From the NCBI GenBank assembly GCA_037128705.1, contig JBAXVX010000009.1:42620-106619 (forward strand): a stretch of 64,000 bases of DNA. Direction: 5' to 3'. The notes below the pieces were generated by a model that was not told the origin of the DNA, made no database searches, and saw only the letters and a list, made by a program, of their open reading frames with translations. The stretch is from Bacteroidota bacterium (GTDB taxonomy: Bacteria > Bacteroidota > Bacteroidia > Bacteroidales > FEN-979). The translations under genes were made by a program, and so were the position numbers. The number at the start of each line of letters is the position of its first letter. The stretch's first letter is position 1. Of this stretch, positions 62,408 through 64,000 are shown one piece after another.

Positions 62408-64000
62408 ATGTCCGACGATCGTAAAATAATATTCAGCATGGTGGGTGTCAGCAAGATATTCCCACCCCACAAGCAGGTTTTGAAGAACATCTACCTCTCC
62501 TTCTTCTATGGCGCCAAAATAGGCATCATCGGGTTGAACGGGTCCGGAAAATCGACCCTGCTCAAGATCATTGCCGGAGTTGAGAAATCATTCCAGGGAG
62601 AGGTGGTCTTTTCACCGGGTTATTCGGTGGGGTACCTCGAGCAGGATCCGCAGCTCGACGACACAAAAACCGTTAGGCAGATCGTGGAAGAGGGAGCCCA
62701 GGATGTGGTGAATCTTCTGAAAGAATATGAAGCCGTAAACAATAAGTTTGGCGAACCGCTGAGCGATGACGAAATGGACAAACTCATCAAACGGCAGGGA
62801 GAGCTTACCGAACTGCTTGATCAGCATGAAGCCTGGGATCTCGACAGTAAGCTGGAACGGGCCATGGATGCACTCCGGTGCCCTGAACCAGATTCACCGG
62901 TAAAAAATCTTTCGGGAGGCGAACGGCGTCGTATTGCCCTTTGCCGGCTGCTTTTGCAGGAACCCGACATTCTTTTGCTCGACGAGCCGACCAACCACCT
63001 CGATGCCGAATCGGTGCAATGGCTCGAATTACATCTGCAGCAATACAAGGGAACCGTGATCGCCATCACCCACGACCGCTATTTCCTCGACAATGTTGCC
63101 GGATGGATCCTCGAACTCGACCGGGGCGAAGGCATTCCATGGCAGGGGAACTACACTTCCTGGCTCGAACAGAAGTCGAACCGCCTGGCAATGGAGGAGA
63201 AGACTGAAAGTAAACGCCGCAAAACCCTCGAACGGGAGCTTGACTGGGTGCGCATGTCGCCCAAAGCCCGCCAGGCAAAAGGTAAAGCGCGTTTGAATGC
63301 TTACGAAAAGATGATGAACGAGGATGTCAGGGAAAAGGAGGAGCGCCTTGAATTGTATATCCCCAATGGGCCGCGCCTCGGCACGATGGTGATTGAAGCC
63401 AACCAGGTTTCAAAGTCGTTTGATGACAAACTCTTGTTCGAGGGATTGAGTTTTTCGTTGCCCCCGGCCGGAATCGTAGGCGTAATCGGCCCCAACGGAG
63501 CAGGAAAAACGACCCTTTTCCGTCTGATCATGGGTGTTGAAAAATCAGATGCCGGCACCTTTAAGGTCGGTGATACTGTAAAACTCGGATATGTTGACCA
63601 GAGCCATACATCCATCGATCCTGAAAAAACGGTATTCCAGGTAATTTCAGGCGGCGCTGAAAACATGCAGATCGGCGGACGCACGATGAGTGCCCGTGCC
63701 TATGTTGCCCGGTTCAATTTCAGCGGTGCCGACCAGGAAAAAAAATGCGGGGTGCTCTCCGGGGGTGAACGTAACCGACTGCACCTCGCCCTCACCCTGA
63801 AGGAGGAGGCGAATGTATTGCTGCTGGATGAGCCTACCAACGACATCGACGTGAATACCCTCAGGGCCCTGGAGGAGGGTCTCGAAAATTTTGCAGGATG
63901 CGCCGTGATCATCTCCCACGACCGGTGGTTCCTCGACAGGATTGCCACCCACATCCTGGCATTCGAAGGAGATTCACAGATGTATTTCTTCGAAGGATCC
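62408..64000 (+). CDS. ettA: ABC-F ATPase EttA (energy-dependent translational throttle). 531 codons; the 3' end runs off the window.
   Basis: My own translation from ATG 62408 is MSDDRKIIFSMVGVSKIFPPHKQVLKNIYLSFFYGAKIGIIGLNGSGKSTLLKIIAG..LSGGERRRIALCRLL..LLLDEPTNHLD, with a second ABC cassette later. It is open to the window end and absent from the ORF track. Confidence 0.9.
   Translation, partial: MSDDRKIIFSMVGVSKIFPPHKQVLKNIYLSFFYGAKIGIIGLNGSGKSTLLKIIAGVEKSFQGEVVFSPGYSVGYLEQDPQLDDTKTVRQIVEEGAQDVVNLLKEYEAVNNKFGEPLSDDEMDKLIKRQGELTELLDQHEAWDLDSKLERAMDALRCPEPDSPVKNLSGGERRRIALCRLLLQEPDILLLDEPTNHLDAESVQWLELHLQQYKGTVIAITHDRYFLDNVAGWILELDRGEGIPWQGNYTSWLEQKSNRLAMEEKTESKRRKTLERELDWVRMSPKARQAKGKARLNAYEKMMNEDVREKEERLELYIPNGPRLGTMVIEANQVSKSFDDKLLFEGLSFSLPPAGIVGVIGPNGAGKTTLFRLIMGVEKSDAGTFKVGDTVKLGYVDQSHTSIDPEKTVFQVISGGAENMQIGGRTMSARAYVARFNFSGADQEKKCGVLSGGERNRLHLALTLKEEANVLLLDEPTNDIDVNTLRALEEGLENFAGCAVIISHDRWFLDRIATHILAFEGDSQMYFFEGS

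Noticed and set aside
62152-62424. 90-aa ORF from the track (..LRFTIYDLRFTIFLLHYLSPCYLVTLSPCYLVTLSPCHLVTLLPCHPVTLSP..).
   Set aside because: It is simply the translation of the stop-free strand of the heptad/octad array. Its periodic sequence mirrors the DNA repeat, and it overlaps the end of the glycosyltransferase gene.
1-64000. I looked for mobile elements, prophage, defence islands, tRNA/rRNA genes and toxin-antitoxin pairs.
   Set aside because: No transposase, integrase, recombinase, nuclease-helicase defence signature, flanking direct repeats or cloverleaf-like sequences were seen. This is a by-eye scan only, so small ncRNAs and tRNAs cannot be fully excluded without tRNAscan or Infernal.

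Overview
This is a gene-dense chromosomal segment from a Bacteroidota genome. The phylum call rests on T9SS genes, TonB-dependent receptors and many TAnnTTTG -7 promoter boxes. All function calls come from motif recognition by eye, with no BLAST or HMM run. From left to right the window holds: a type IX secretion core cluster (porV, two tandem PorU-like C25 peptidases, divergent porP/sprF and gldJ); murF-anmK-folC; a ThiS/ThiF pair divergent from a biotin-less carboxyltransferase, a tungsten-type aldehyde:ferredoxin oxidoreductase, DUF3795 and a Rieske oxygenase; pruA, purC; a DegT aminotransferase and PglC-like sugar transferase; a T9SS-secreted S1/P1-like nuclease operon; an OmpR/HK pair convergent with a TolC-MFP-RND efflux operon; cinA, rpmB; two TonB-dependent receptors; C69 dipeptidase, rocD, ubiD-like, ccmBCDE; two tandem BNR-repeat T9SS cargo paralogs; lptF/G plus two glycosyltransferases; and ettA. 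I found no transposase, integrase, CRISPR array, tRNA or recognisable defence system. The main unexplained signal is a family of 7- and 8-bp tandem repeat arrays at about 12 loci. They fill whole intergenic gaps, have a conserved block order, and supply the stop codons (once a start codon) of flanking genes.
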